Below, one piece after another: positions 36,000-45,917 of a stretch of 64,000 nt of DNA. Positions within the stretch are counted from its first letter, which is position 1; each line of letters starts with the position of its first letter. Made by a program: the position numbers and the translations under genes. The stretch lies in the IMG/VR virus record IMGVR_UViG_3300046780_000733; one strand, 5' to 3'. The stretch is from a virus. A model generated the notes under the pieces. It was not told where the DNA came from. It did no database searches and saw nothing but the letters and a program-made list of their open reading frames with translations.

Positions 36000-36903
36000 G
36001 ACGCGCTATAGCGTCTGCATAATCCAGGAATGCTCCGCACTCGACACCGAGCGCGAACAAACTGAGGCGTCGTCCGGAACCGGAGTCCACATAGACACCG
36101 GAAATTCTGTTCACCGCAGCACTCGGCCGCGTGTCTTCGCGATCGAAGGCGTGGCACTCCACCCACTCTCTACCGTTGTTTCGGTTGACGAAACGAATTC
36201 CCCATGAGGCGACGAGCCCGACCTTGTCGTGGATGGCTGCCTTGACCTGGTCGGCGTCGTAGCGATGCGAGCCATGGCCTGGATCATCGGACGTCTGGCG
36301 CACAACGGGCGTCGCCACGGGCGTCCTGGGCGGCTCAATCGTGTTCCACGCCAGCAGCCACGGCGGCGCGTCCATGAGGCCGATGTCCCTGGGGTTGTGG
36401 CCGCGCTCGAACATGTATATGTCGCCGGTCTTGGGATGGATCGACGGGTACGCCATCACCAAAGATTTGTCGCCGAGCCGTTCTATTGCCGAGTGCTCGC
36501 CTTCGCCTTTCCACAGGAAACCCTTGCGGAGCAGAGGGCCTTGCTCTGGCACCCGGAACCACAGGTGCCGGCCGGCACCGCCCGTGTGCGACACCCACGT
36601 TTGGATCTTGCGACCACCGCGCCTCTTGTGCCACTCCTCGATCGCGGCCTCGCCGTCGAGATCGATTACCATCAGTCCCCACCGCCGGCCACACACCACC
36701 TGGAGATTCGAGGTTGGGTTCTTGTCAAAGACGTCCTCGGGAGCCATGGTGTCCCAGAACTCGCGGAACGTCCTGAGCATCGGACGCTTGGCATCCGGAC
36801 GTGACGGCAGAGGGTTCAGGCCCCGCCACCGATACACGCCGAACCAATACTTGGCCAATGCGATGTCGGCATCGCTGACCTCGCGGTCGCAAATCGTTGG
36901 CAT
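35968..36903 (-). CDS. Bifunctional DNA primase/polymerase
   Basis: PLP...KRP, N..V.CG, VIDLD, T...GRHLWF, PSIHP.TG..Y. Confidence 0.85.
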   Translation of the reverse strand: MPTICDREVSDADIALAKYWFGVYRWRGLNPLPSRPDAKRPMLRTFREFWDTMAPEDVFDKNPTSNLQVVCGRRWGLMVIDLDGEAAIEEWHKRRGGRKIQTWVSHTGGAGRHLWFRVPEQGPLLRKGFLWKGEGEHSAIERLGDKSLVMAYPSIHPKTGDIYMFERGHNPRDIGLMDAPPWLLAWNTIEPPRTPVATPVVRQTSDDPGHGSHRYDADQVKAAIHDKVGLVASWGIRFVNRNNGREWVECHAFDREDTRPSAAVNRISGVYVDSGSGRRLSLFALGVECGAFLDYADAIARLGAQYIVSRL

Positions 36904-36950
36904 TCGTGATCCGGTTAAAAGACAGATTCAGGATCGCAATTGGCAAAAAA

Positions 36951-37664
36951 TTACTCCCCGAGGTAGCCTCGGATCAGTTCGGAGACCTGATTTTCGGAGA
37001 GCTGGACCAGTCGGTCGGGATAGCCGGCGCGCTTGGCACATTCCTGGAAATAGTTGACGACGTTTTTCTCGCCGCCGTCTTCCTTCTTCTTGCACCAGGC
37101 GAACAGCGACCGGCCCGTATGAGGAAGGTTATCGTCGTCGGATCGCTGCTGGCCATGGTGGGCAGACTGCTGACGCGGAGCCGGCTGCGATGGCTCGGGT
37201 CGATAGGATTCCTGGTGCGACGGGTGGGATGCACCAGACGTCTGCCGCCACGCCGCGTCGGTGGTGCCGAGAAGCTCATCGACGTAGTTCGGGACACCGT
37301 CTCCGTACAGGTATCGTCCGACGCCAAACTTGGCAGCGGCACGCTTGAATGCATCTGAGAACCCACTCTTCTCGTCGTCGCCGGCATCAGACATGCCGGC
37401 AAAACCGCCTGCGTCACATTTCGTCAGGGCGGTCCCGTCGGGCAGACGGATCGTCAGGTGGCAGACGACGGATTTCTCTCCAGGATCGTAGACATCCCAC
37501 CAGTTAGTTGGGCCGACCACGTCATCCAAACGATTGGCTACGGTCCTGGCCGTGATGTACGCCAGTTGGCGTCCACCCTGACTGCGAGATCGGACTTGGT
37601 CTCCGACGAACGGCGCCGACAACCTGGCAAACAATCTGTCTGTGTCGTCAAGAATTCGATCCAT
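36951..37664 (-). CDS. Rad52/Rad22-family single-strand annealing protein (Sak)
   Basis: LAYITAR.V.NRLDDVVG..NW, K..FSDAFKRAA.KFGVGRYLY. Confidence 0.9.
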   Translation of the reverse strand: MDRILDDTDRLFARLSAPFVGDQVRSRSQGGRQLAYITARTVANRLDDVVGPTNWWDVYDPGEKSVVCHLTIRLPDGTALTKCDAGGFAGMSDAGDDEKSGFSDAFKRAAAKFGVGRYLYGDGVPNYVDELLGTTDAAWRQTSGASHPSHQESYRPEPSQPAPRQQSAHHGQQRSDDDNLPHTGRSLFAWCKKKEDGGEKNVVNYFQECAKRAGYPDRLVQLSENQVSELIRGYLGE

Positions 37665-37921
37665 GCTGTCTCCTCAAAGATTCTCGGCGCAATACCGATA
37701 TCGAATTTTTTTCCGCTAACGCTTCGGTCATCAACCACAGGTGTTGATTACGATGTCGTGTGGGAGTAAAATGAAACCGAGTGAGAAATCCCCAGACGAG
37801 GTTCCCCCCGTAAGAGTGATCCTCTGCGTTTCGGCGGAACACGAATTAATTTGGGGATTTTTCTCAAGGATTTTCATTTTAGGGGTAGACGATGAACTTC
37901 GGGTTTACTAAAAACAACACC

Positions 37922-38430
37922 ATGGCACGAAAAACGAGAACCAGGGGTCGTCACGACGGTGCGACTCCATCGCCCAGTCAACCAACCATCCAGGCTACAC
38001 GACGCCGCCAAGTAAGCGGAAGGCGGATGCTGCCCTGGCCGTAAAGATCCGCACGCTGAGAAACGGCCTCGGGCTCAGCGGCAGCGACCTGGGGTTTCAG
38101 ATTGGAAAATCCCAGTCCAGGATATCGAAGTGGGAGAACTGCGAAGGGCACCCGACCGCGCGAGAACTCTTGAGTCTGGCGAGGGTGTTCAGAGTATCCC
38201 TGGAATTTTTATGCGACCCGGAGATCACCGACGTGAGCCAGATAACACCCTCTGCGCTCAACGACGACGAGCGCCGCATACTCGAATTGGCGAACATGCT
38301 CGGCTACAACAGGGCCAAACTGCGGCTTCTCGGGGTCAATGAGGATGCGTCCCAGGATCAACCGGGGCCGACCGTCAAGAAACCCATCAGGGTGAGCAGG
38401 AACAGGAATAAGCCGCCGCAGGACCAGTAG
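37922..38430 (+). CDS. XRE-family HTH repressor-like protein; no in-frame canonical start (frameshift or non-AUG start)
   Basis: Frame 1 encodes IRTLRNGLGLSGSDLGFQIGKSQSRISKWE...P...LLSLARVFRVSLEFL; ATG 37922 is in frame 2. Confidence 0.75.
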
Positions 38431-38486
38431 ACGAAAAGGCAGCAGGTGGCGAGAAAGTGACCCTCGTTCACCTGCTGCTCGATGAA

Positions 38487-38852
38487 TCAGGCGATCACGC
38501 GCTGGAGAACCTCCATGCCATCCATTTCGTGAATCAGAGACCATCCCTCCTCCTGATCCGCATTGCCGTGACCCTCGCTGGTGTCCCTGAACCATGTCTC
38601 CACGTCATGGACAACCCCGTTGGTCACGAAACTGAGCACGCTCGCGCTTCCATTCCCGCGCTCGCAACGCTTGGGTCGATCAGACGCAGCCGTCGCGGTT
38701 CTCGACTTCTTATTCATCAAGTCAACGGTCGCCACTCCGCTCTCATCCCTCGTGTATCGACCCGACACGATCAGCATGTTCGTATTGCCGCCGTCCGTAC
38801 TCATTGCGCGCATCCTCGAAGTGTCAATGGTAGGTTTCGCAGTCGCCTCCAT
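38487..38852 (-). CDS. Hypothetical protein
   Basis: Open frame downstream of a TTGCAT-N16-TAAGAT promoter; start uncertain. Confidence 0.55.
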   Translation of the reverse strand: MEATAKPTIDTSRMRAMSTDGGNTNMLIVSGRYTRDESGVATVDLMNKKSRTATAASDRPKRCERGNGSASVLSFVTNGVVHDVETWFRDTSEGHGNADQEEGWSLIHEMDGMEVLQRVIA

Positions 38853-38982
38853 CGTCGGCTGCCAAGCATCGTTGCTCGTGACCATCTTAGCAGAATTTAA
38901 TGCGGATGCAAGATGCGTCTTAAATAACAGATTTGCTTTGTGCACTCAATGCATCGCGTAACGTGGACAGTGACGCAGCAGA

Positions 38983-40185
38983 TCACCGTGCATGAACCGA
39001 GAATTGGGCCGTGGGTCCGTGGGTGTGCTCGTACAGATAGGCTTCGGCGGAATGGATCGAGTTCACATATCCAGACTTGTGGTGCCAGAGATCGGTCCCG
39101 GAGAGCGACGGGATCGTGCGGATCATCATCCCCTGGACGGTCTCTGTTTCCTGGCAGTGGTGCAGGGCCTTGACCCTGGTGGCCTCGCTGATATGCCTGT
39201 GGCCTCGGTGCCATTCCAGGAACTTGGCCTTAGCAAGCATCTTGCGCGGCACGTCGTGGAGCATGAGGCCGGGCAGGTCTTTGGGTTTGCACGAGTCGCC
39301 GTGGTCCAGGCCGATCAACGTCGTGCCCCACGCGTAATACTTACGAGGGTTCGGCGAGACATCGACCCTGACATCCGAGGATCGCGAGAACGTGGCCTCG
39401 ATCGTTTTCGCGAAGTGCCACGAACTCAGGTAGTCGTGGTTGCCGGAGATGTGGATCAAGTCCACCGGTGCCACCATCAGCAACTGCTCGACCAGGCCGC
39501 ACCCCGCAGCCAACCCGGCCTCGAAAACTTTGTGGTATCTTCCGTCACAGTCCAACTTCGTTCCTTTTGTTGTACTGCCTTCCAGTGTGTCCGAGTGGAA
39601 AAAATCATTCCCCACGACGAGCAAAAATCTCTCGATCTGGTCCTGGTAGCCGCGGGCACGATCGAGAAGATCGGCGGCTGCGTTCGCAAACACCTTGGTA
39701 GCGATTTTCAGGTCGTAGTCGTCCCCGGTTTCTTTGGACCAGCACAGTTTCCCGAAGTGGCAGTCGTAGAGCCCGAGCTCCATCAGGTATCGCTCGTTCT
39801 TGGGCCGAGACGGCTTCACCGGAACCGGTGCATAGTTGGGAGCGACCGCGGCGAGCCTCTGGTAGAAGAGCTCCAGGGCGTCATGGAGCGGCTTGGGCTG
39901 AATCCTCTCCAGTCGTAGCCAGATTCTCCAGTTTCGCTTGCGTACCGGGGTATCCTTGAATACCGGTCTCCCCCGATCGTCAACTCCTACCTGAGTTCTC
40001 AATTTAAGCGTGACGTGGTGGGCGCCGATCTCCATGTGCTTGACGCGCCAGATCGACTCGTCCACCTTGGCAAAGGCCATCGCCTCGGCTTCAGTTCGGA
40101 TCTCCTGATCCGACATCGCTTCCACACGAGCCTCGTCGCCCGTTTCTGTCCACGTCTGGTCACCAGGTTCGTTGACGTCAGCCAC
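38983..40185 (-). CDS. Calcineurin-like phosphoesterase/nuclease
   Basis: DCHFGK, GNDFFH, SGNHD, HGD, GHRH. Confidence 0.85.
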   Translation of the reverse strand: MADVNEPGDQTWTETGDEARVEAMSDQEIRTEAEAMAFAKVDESIWRVKHMEIGAHHVTLKLRTQVGVDDRGRPVFKDTPVRKRNWRIWLRLERIQPKPLHDALELFYQRLAAVAPNYAPVPVKPSRPKNERYLMELGLYDCHFGKLCWSKETGDDYDLKIATKVFANAAADLLDRARGYQDQIERFLLVVGNDFFHSDTLEGSTTKGTKLDCDGRYHKVFEAGLAAGCGLVEQLLMVAPVDLIHISGNHDYLSSWHFAKTIEATFSRSSDVRVDVSPNPRKYYAWGTTLIGLDHGDSCKPKDLPGLMLHDVPRKMLAKAKFLEWHRGHRHISEATRVKALHHCQETETVQGMMIRTIPSLSGTDLWHHKSGYVNSIHSAEAYLYEHTHGPTAQFSVHAR

Positions 40186-40198
40186 AGTGGCTCCTTGG

Positions 40199-43100
40199 TC
40201 AAAGTTGGAACAAGGGGACGAACTCAAACTGGTACATCAGCCCCCACCTGAACAGGTCCGTGCCGTAGAACTTCTGACCGGTTCGGATCGGGGGCGTGGT
40301 GGGTTGGCGATTACATCCTTGCTCATCACCGGTCATCCACGAGAGGGGTTCTCGGGTTGACCTGCGGTTCTGGTTCGGGGAGTCCACGGTGTCTTGCAAA
40401 GCGCGTCCAAACCTGCGCACCGTTGTCTCATCGGCCCCGTACACCGCGAGCTGGACGAAGATCCGGTTGTGCTCGACGGCCTCGCCGGGCTGGCTCTCGA
40501 CGTAATTCTCGATCAGGATAAACGGCAGCGCGACCTTGCCACCTGGCCACGTCGTGAACACGCGCGGCACGCCCCCGTACAGGGCCTTCAGTTGAGGACT
40601 CAACTGGATGGTCACCGTCAGCGCCGCGAGGAACGTGCGGTACACGGGGCCGAAGATGATCCGTCCCCCCTCCGACATGCCGCCGGTGGCGACCACGAAG
40701 TAATTGGAGCCACGAAAGATCGTCCCGCCCAGCCTGAAGCCACCGCTGGTAATGACGTTCAAGGCATTGGAGTAAGTAGCAACGCCACCCAGCCGTTCGC
40801 CGCCGGCCCATCGCAGGGAATTCCCCTGGGTGTAGACGCCGCCGTCGCTTATGCCTCCAATGGCGCTGACGGTGTAGAATCCGTGGACGGGTCCGACGCC
40901 ACCCAGTTTCACGCCACCCGAGAAAGTCGGAGCGCTCGCACCGACCCCGGCATTCCAATCGATGAATGCCTGCCCGCGCACGGAGTCAACCTGGATATCC
41001 TGATCCAGCATCGTCCCGCTATCCAGGCCCCGGCCTGGCGCGACATAGAATGGCGAAGAAGGATTCACGCTGAAATGGCGGTTGTTGGCCGCGCCGTTCA
41101 AGCCGTCTCCGAGGCTGTGCTTCTGGGTTCGCACGTGGTAATCACCCCAGGCGAGCGGCCAGCCAATCCCGATCCCGTACTTGTGCAGATTCTGAAATCC
41201 ATGATCCTGGAGGATCTTGTACCACCCTTGCTCGGCGTGATAGTAATTCGGGTTGTACTGGATGTCATGGCTTCGCTCGTCATGGTGAATCGACCCATTC
41301 GGAGATGCCCATTCGAGGTTCCCCTCATAGCCGATCATGATGGCATTCTTGCCATTGGCCTGGTTGTAAGCGGTGACCGCATCTGAGATGCTTTTGATCC
41401 AGGTCACCATCCCTGTTGAATCGTACGTGATGTCGTGCAACACCATCTCGGCGGCCTGATCGTCGTCGCACGCGTTGAAGGCCGCGACGGTGTTCGCGAT
41501 GCCGCTGCCGCTCATGCCCAGCGAGTAATAAGGGGCGCACGCGACCGCGTCGAGAGGCTGTCCCTGGGCGAGCGCAAAATTCAAGTAAGGGGTCACCTGG
41601 GACGGCCCGTTGTTCATCTGGCAGTTGACCGTCCCCATGATCTCGGAGCCGCGACCTGCTGCCGTGAAGACGTCGCGGAAAATCTTGTGAACCTGTATTG
41701 CTCGATAGATGTAATAGTCGCGGTAATCGTGAAACTGGATCAGGCTGGAGGGCACCGCCATCGTGGTCATGAACGTGCTGAAAAGCCACGCCTGGAATGG
41801 GGGTGAGAAGTTCCAGGGCTCGTTCTGGTGCTCCACGTAAATCTTCCGCCCGGCCGGGAATCCGTCCCTCACCTTCCAGGCGTACGCATAGACCATGTCG
41901 TCGCAAGCATCTTTGGGGATGTTGATGTGCAGGTTGGCGTGGGGGAACCTGGCAACCATCCCGATATAGACGTCAAGCGGCATGCGAGGGAAGTACCATC
42001 GCAGAATGTAAGTCGAGGCCGGATCAAGCGTGTAGGTAGTGCTCGGCTTGGTCCCGCTGGGCTTCGATGGGTAGTATCCGGACCAGATCGACACGAATGT
42101 AGTGGGGCCTGTGACGTAGATTTGACTGAGCCCGACATTGTTCGCCACCGTCCCGTCGGCCATCGTGATATTGATGACGCCTTGCGGGTAATAGCCGTGC
42201 AAAGTCGTCATGCCGTGAGGTTGGTTGCACGTCATGAACAGGGGCGCGGTGAACGGCGCGGTGCCGTCAGCGGACACCTTGTTGCTGATCGGCACTCGCC
42301 CGAAGACGGTGACAGTGCCTGGCGAGTGAGGGGCTGGAGTGGTTCCGTTCGATCCCCTGTACAGCGTCACCGCGGTCCCTGTAACGCTGATGACCCTCAT
42401 GATCTCGGAGTCGATCTGGATCTCCAGGCCAGCCATCAAGGGAGCCGTGGCGGCATCGGAGAAGTGGTAGACCTCATTGGTCCCGACGGCGGGGGTCGTT
42501 GAGATCGTGTCGGTCAGGGTGGCCGAGAACAGGTTTGCGGACTGACGGAACTGCGCCGAGTAGAACCATGGCGTTGCCGTGACGTCTACCGGGCCGATCG
42601 ACGTGAATCCCACGTTGGGCAGTTCGACGGGGTTGAACCCCCACCAGAATTCTTGCGTGTCCGGGATCAGGAGTTCCGGGTAAGGGTAGGTCTCGCAGGC
42701 ACCTCCGCAAGCCGTCATGTCCACGGCTCTCATGCTGCCAATGCTTTGCCTGACACGATCCAAATAAATCCTGGAAAGCGCGAATTGATCTGAGCGGTCA
42801 AAGACCGCGGACCCGTTCACGGCATCCCATTCTCCTGGCAAGTAGATCCAGAGATTATCATAGTTTGGAGTTCCTGTGAACGATGGGTCGTCGCAATTGA
42901 TCCCCACTCCACATCCGCCGTAAGCCGTCTTGTAGTCGCTGCTGGCCACGTAAGAGATGTCGTAGGCTCGCACGTATCCGACGCCGCCGGACGGAGAGAC
43001 ATCATAGGTCGGATCGTGAGTCACCGTGACCCTGGCGGTGTTATTGCTCTGGAGCGAGAACATGGCCGGGCCAGGGCTGCCGGTGTGGGTAGCGTCCCAT

Positions 43101-44302
43101 ACCAGCAGGGCTTTGCCAGCTTCGCAGGGCTGGTTGGCCACCTCGAAACCGTGTCCAGGGTGAAACTTGCCGTAGCCGTTGTTTCCGGCCGTCTTGAACT
43201 TGGTATTGAGGAATGGGTAATACTCCGAGCCTCCGGGAGACGGATGGTTGAATCCCATTCGCAGCGTCTTGGACAGGCTCTCTACCTGGACCGACGACCT
43301 GCCGCTGCGATTGTCGATCGTCGCCGACAACGCACCCACCGATCCTGACGGCGTATTGGCCCATGCCGGCGGCGCCGTCAGGATCACGACGTCTCCGGGA
43401 TTGATCATCACGTTTCCCGGCGTTGACCACACAATGGACCAATGGAACCCGGTGAACCAAGGATTTGTCAGCGCGCCAAGGTCCGTGCCGTTAACGTTGA
43501 TCGTCGGGGTCGTCAACAACTGAGACGGGACCACCGCCGATCCATCCGTGTTGAGCGTGAACGTGGTCGCGATCGACTTGCCGCACCCGGTCACGTAGGG
43601 ATGCGGAGTGACCGTGGGTGCCCATACCAAAGGATCTGCATACGTCGCCGTACCCGATCCCGTCACCGATGCAAAGTCAGCTCCGGTGCCGTAGAAGTTC
43701 TTGAGCCCGTTGTCGCCGACTGCCGCGGCAACGCCCGTCGTGCCGGCCATCGTCCACTGGCAACGCCATGGCGCCCCGGTGCCGATCGTCGTCGGGTCTC
43801 CGTTGTTCGTGAGGAAGGCTGCGTCACCACTGGTCAGCCCGTAATTGTCCCAGGCGTTGTAATCGCCGATCGTGTAGGTGACGAGGCTCTGTGCCGCGTA
43901 CGGCCCAAGCCAGATGGGATCGATGCGATTGTTCGTGAGCCCGGAAATGTGCCCTAGAATTTGCGGGACACCGTTGATGTACGCCGTCTGCACTCCATTT
44001 GTGCCGTCCCACACGAGACAGATTACGTAGACGGTCCCCACAGTGAGAGGAATGTTCGCCGAGACCGACCCTCCAACTCCGTTCAGTTGTAAGCTGAGGT
44101 TGCCGGACGTCGTCGCCGAACCCCAGAACGAATGAACGAAGTCGAAGATGTTGCGAACCAGGATATTGACGGTGCCGCCGAAGTTGGCTGCCGGAGAATC
44201 GAGGCGCAACTTGAACGACTGGCTGGCGACAGGCACATTATAGAACATGTGCGACACGTTGGGTGTCGCGAAGTATCTCAGGTTGCTGAATTGGATCGCC
44301 AT
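40199..44302 (-). CDS. Large virion protein: LamG-like, glycoside-hydrolase-like, Gly repeats, C-terminal tail-terminator-like domain
   Basis: Beta-sandwich N-terminus; YVEHQNEPWN and GYEG; GGxxLGG repeats; ~140-aa C-domain with PFI..VQLAVY. Confidence 0.7.
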   Translation of the reverse strand: MAIQFSNLRYFATPNVSHMFYNVPVASQSFKLRLDSPAANFGGTVNILVRNIFDFVHSFWGSATTSGNLSLQLNGVGGSVSANIPLTVGTVYVICLVWDGTNGVQTAYINGVPQILGHISGLTNNRIDPIWLGPYAAQSLVTYTIGDYNAWDNYGLTSGDAAFLTNNGDPTTIGTGAPWRCQWTMAGTTGVAAAVGDNGLKNFYGTGADFASVTGSGTATYADPLVWAPTVTPHPYVTGCGKSIATTFTLNTDGSAVVPSQLLTTPTINVNGTDLGALTNPWFTGFHWSIVWSTPGNVMINPGDVVILTAPPAWANTPSGSVGALSATIDNRSGRSSVQVESLSKTLRMGFNHPSPGGSEYYPFLNTKFKTAGNNGYGKFHPGHGFEVANQPCEAGKALLVWDATHTGSPGPAMFSLQSNNTARVTVTHDPTYDVSPSGGVGYVRAYDISYVASSDYKTAYGGCGVGINCDDPSFTGTPNYDNLWIYLPGEWDAVNGSAVFDRSDQFALSRIYLDRVRQSIGSMRAVDMTACGGACETYPYPELLIPDTQEFWWGFNPVELPNVGFTSIGPVDVTATPWFYSAQFRQSANLFSATLTDTISTTPAVGTNEVYHFSDAATAPLMAGLEIQIDSEIMRVISVTGTAVTLYRGSNGTTPAPHSPGTVTVFGRVPISNKVSADGTAPFTAPLFMTCNQPHGMTTLHGYYPQGVINITMADGTVANNVGLSQIYVTGPTTFVSIWSGYYPSKPSGTKPSTTYTLDPASTYILRWYFPRMPLDVYIGMVARFPHANLHINIPKDACDDMVYAYAWKVRDGFPAGRKIYVEHQNEPWNFSPPFQAWLFSTFMTTMAVPSSLIQFHDYRDYYIYRAIQVHKIFRDVFTAAGRGSEIMGTVNCQMNNGPSQVTPYLNFALAQGQPLDAVACAPYYSLGMSGSGIANTVAAFNACDDDQAAEMVLHDITYDSTGMVTWIKSISDAVTAYNQANGKNAIMIGYEGNLEWASPNGSIHHDERSHDIQYNPNYYHAEQGWYKILQDHGFQNLHKYGIGIGWPLAWGDYHVRTQKHSLGDGLNGAANNRHFSVNPSSPFYVAPGRGLDSGTMLDQDIQVDSVRGQAFIDWNAGVGASAPTFSGGVKLGGVGPVHGFYTVSAIGGISDGGVYTQGNSLRWAGGERLGGVATYSNALNVITSGGFRLGGTIFRGSNYFVVATGGMSEGGRIIFGPVYRTFLAALTVTIQLSPQLKALYGGVPRVFTTWPGGKVALPFILIENYVESQPGEAVEHNRIFVQLAVYGADETTVRRFGRALQDTVDSPNQNRRSTREPLSWMTGDEQGCNRQPTTPPIRTGQKFYGTDLFRWGLMYQFEFVPLFQL

Positions 44303-44353
44303 CGGTTGCCCCTGGGTGAGCGGTGTCTACCTATTGGCAAATCGCGGAAGCCG

Positions 44354-44761
44354 TTACGGATTTGGCGTGTAGCCGAGGCAGGTGAAACAGTCGAGGTGAT
44401 TCACGAGCCCTTCCCGGCCTTTGCCGAGCGCGCACTTGGCCATGCCGCCACAGCCACAACCCGTCTCGTCCGTTCGATACGGACATTCTTTCATCCGCTT
44501 GAGCAGATCCAGGGACTGCTCGAACGGAATCAGGGAGCGGGAAGCGGCAGGCAGCACACGCGCCATGGATGGTCTCGTGACCTCTGAGACGACCGGAGGG
44601 ACCGAAGGAAGGTTATCGGGGATCGGCAGGTTGGCCTTGATGGCGTTGATCGAGATCACCGCGCGAATCTTCACGGGCTCTCCCGATGCAGCCATCTCGC
44701 AGTAGTGGCCACCGAGGCATGGCGAATCAGGGGCAACGGGGCAGTGCTCGCATCGACTCAT
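44354..44761 (-). CDS. Cys-rich hypothetical protein
   Basis: CEHC..C..C; CPYR..CGC..C..DCFTC. Confidence 0.7.
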   Translation of the reverse strand: MSRCEHCPVAPDSPCLGGHYCEMAASGEPVKIRAVISINAIKANLPIPDNLPSVPPVVSEVTRPSMARVLPAASRSLIPFEQSLDLLKRMKECPYRTDETGCGCGGMAKCALGKGREGLVNHLDCFTCLGYTPNP

Positions 44762-44765
44762 AGGA

Positions 44766-45917
44766 TTAACTGCTCACCGTGATTGCCGTGCCACCAGGCG
44801 GTGGCGGCGCGTAAGAGCAATAGTCGTTGCAGTACACGTTGACATCTCCGGTAATATCGTTCGACGACAACGGGGGCGCCTCGAATCCCCACACTGGCAC
44901 GCCTGGGCAGAAAAGCCCAAATCCGTTCACGCTTGCCGACGGCAGCAACGAAAACGACTGACTGAATGAGAAATTACACACTTCGTAGCCAATGTAATTG
45001 CGCGCCACTGCGACCGCACCAAATGAACCTCCGTAGAATAATTTCCGCGTGTAATTGCCGACCGTGGACGGGGTGTACACGCATCCGCCGCCCCCGGAAA
45101 CGGCGTTGACAGTCCCAGACTCTCCGTAGTCGAAGCAACACCCGAGGCCGCACAGGGGATCAGGAGGACAATCTATGAACTGAAAACCCTGGCACCACCA
45201 ACTGGGTGGAACCGTAAGCAGGTGGCGGCACCACGGAGGGCCAAGTACGTCCGTGAACTCGCAGCACATCCCGAACGCCCACGTGGCCGACAGTTGCCAG
45301 TACCATCCACGATCGTCGAAACCGCACTCCAGGAAGTAACTCGGGCCACCAGGTCCAGCATTGTCCGTGTATGTAGACTGGAGCAACTGTGCGTATGCTT
45401 CGTCGCAGTCGAGTTCGCAGTAGCAGGTTCGATCACCCGTGTAGCGAAGTTTCCCCATCGGAGTCGTCGTGCAAACCCCGTTGGTGTGGGGGATGATTCC
45501 CGACGTTGCCGCCGATCCTCCGCAGCCAATAGGCACCGTCCCCAGGCTGTCCGTCAGGAATAGCGGACCCGGGAAATTTCCGTAGCCCGGGCAGCAGCAC
45601 CATCCTGGTGGAGTCGATGGGCTGACGTTGAACTGGTGTCCGGCGCAGTCCACGCCGAGATCCACCGATCCCGCGAGGAAGCACTGGACCGCACCGTAGG
45701 TCACCGTGTACGTGCCAGGCCCGCACTTGTTGGGGAATGTGATCTGCCCCTTGCCGTCCGACGCACCAGTGAACACAATCATCCCAGTGGCCTTGTACGT
45801 CACCGTGGCAGGCACGTTGGGCAATGCAACGCCTGATCCGCACGCGCCGATGAAAGTCACCGTGCTGTCGTGGGTCGTGCAAACCAGGTTGAACGTGAGT
45901 TGAAAGCCGTCCATCAT
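44766..45917 (-). CDS. Very Cys-rich virion/tail protein
   Basis: WCCC, GMCC, LGCC and many other Cys; in tail operon. Confidence 0.65.
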   Translation of the reverse strand: MMDGFQLTFNLVCTTHDSTVTFIGACGSGVALPNVPATVTYKATGMIVFTGASDGKGQITFPNKCGPGTYTVTYGAVQCFLAGSVDLGVDCAGHQFNVSPSTPPGWCCCPGYGNFPGPLFLTDSLGTVPIGCGGSAATSGIIPHTNGVCTTTPMGKLRYTGDRTCYCELDCDEAYAQLLQSTYTDNAGPGGPSYFLECGFDDRGWYWQLSATWAFGMCCEFTDVLGPPWCRHLLTVPPSWWCQGFQFIDCPPDPLCGLGCCFDYGESGTVNAVSGGGGCVYTPSTVGNYTRKLFYGGSFGAVAVARNYIGYEVCNFSFSQSFSLLPSASVNGFGLFCPGVPVWGFEAPPLSSNDITGDVNVYCNDYCSYAPPPPGGTAITVSS

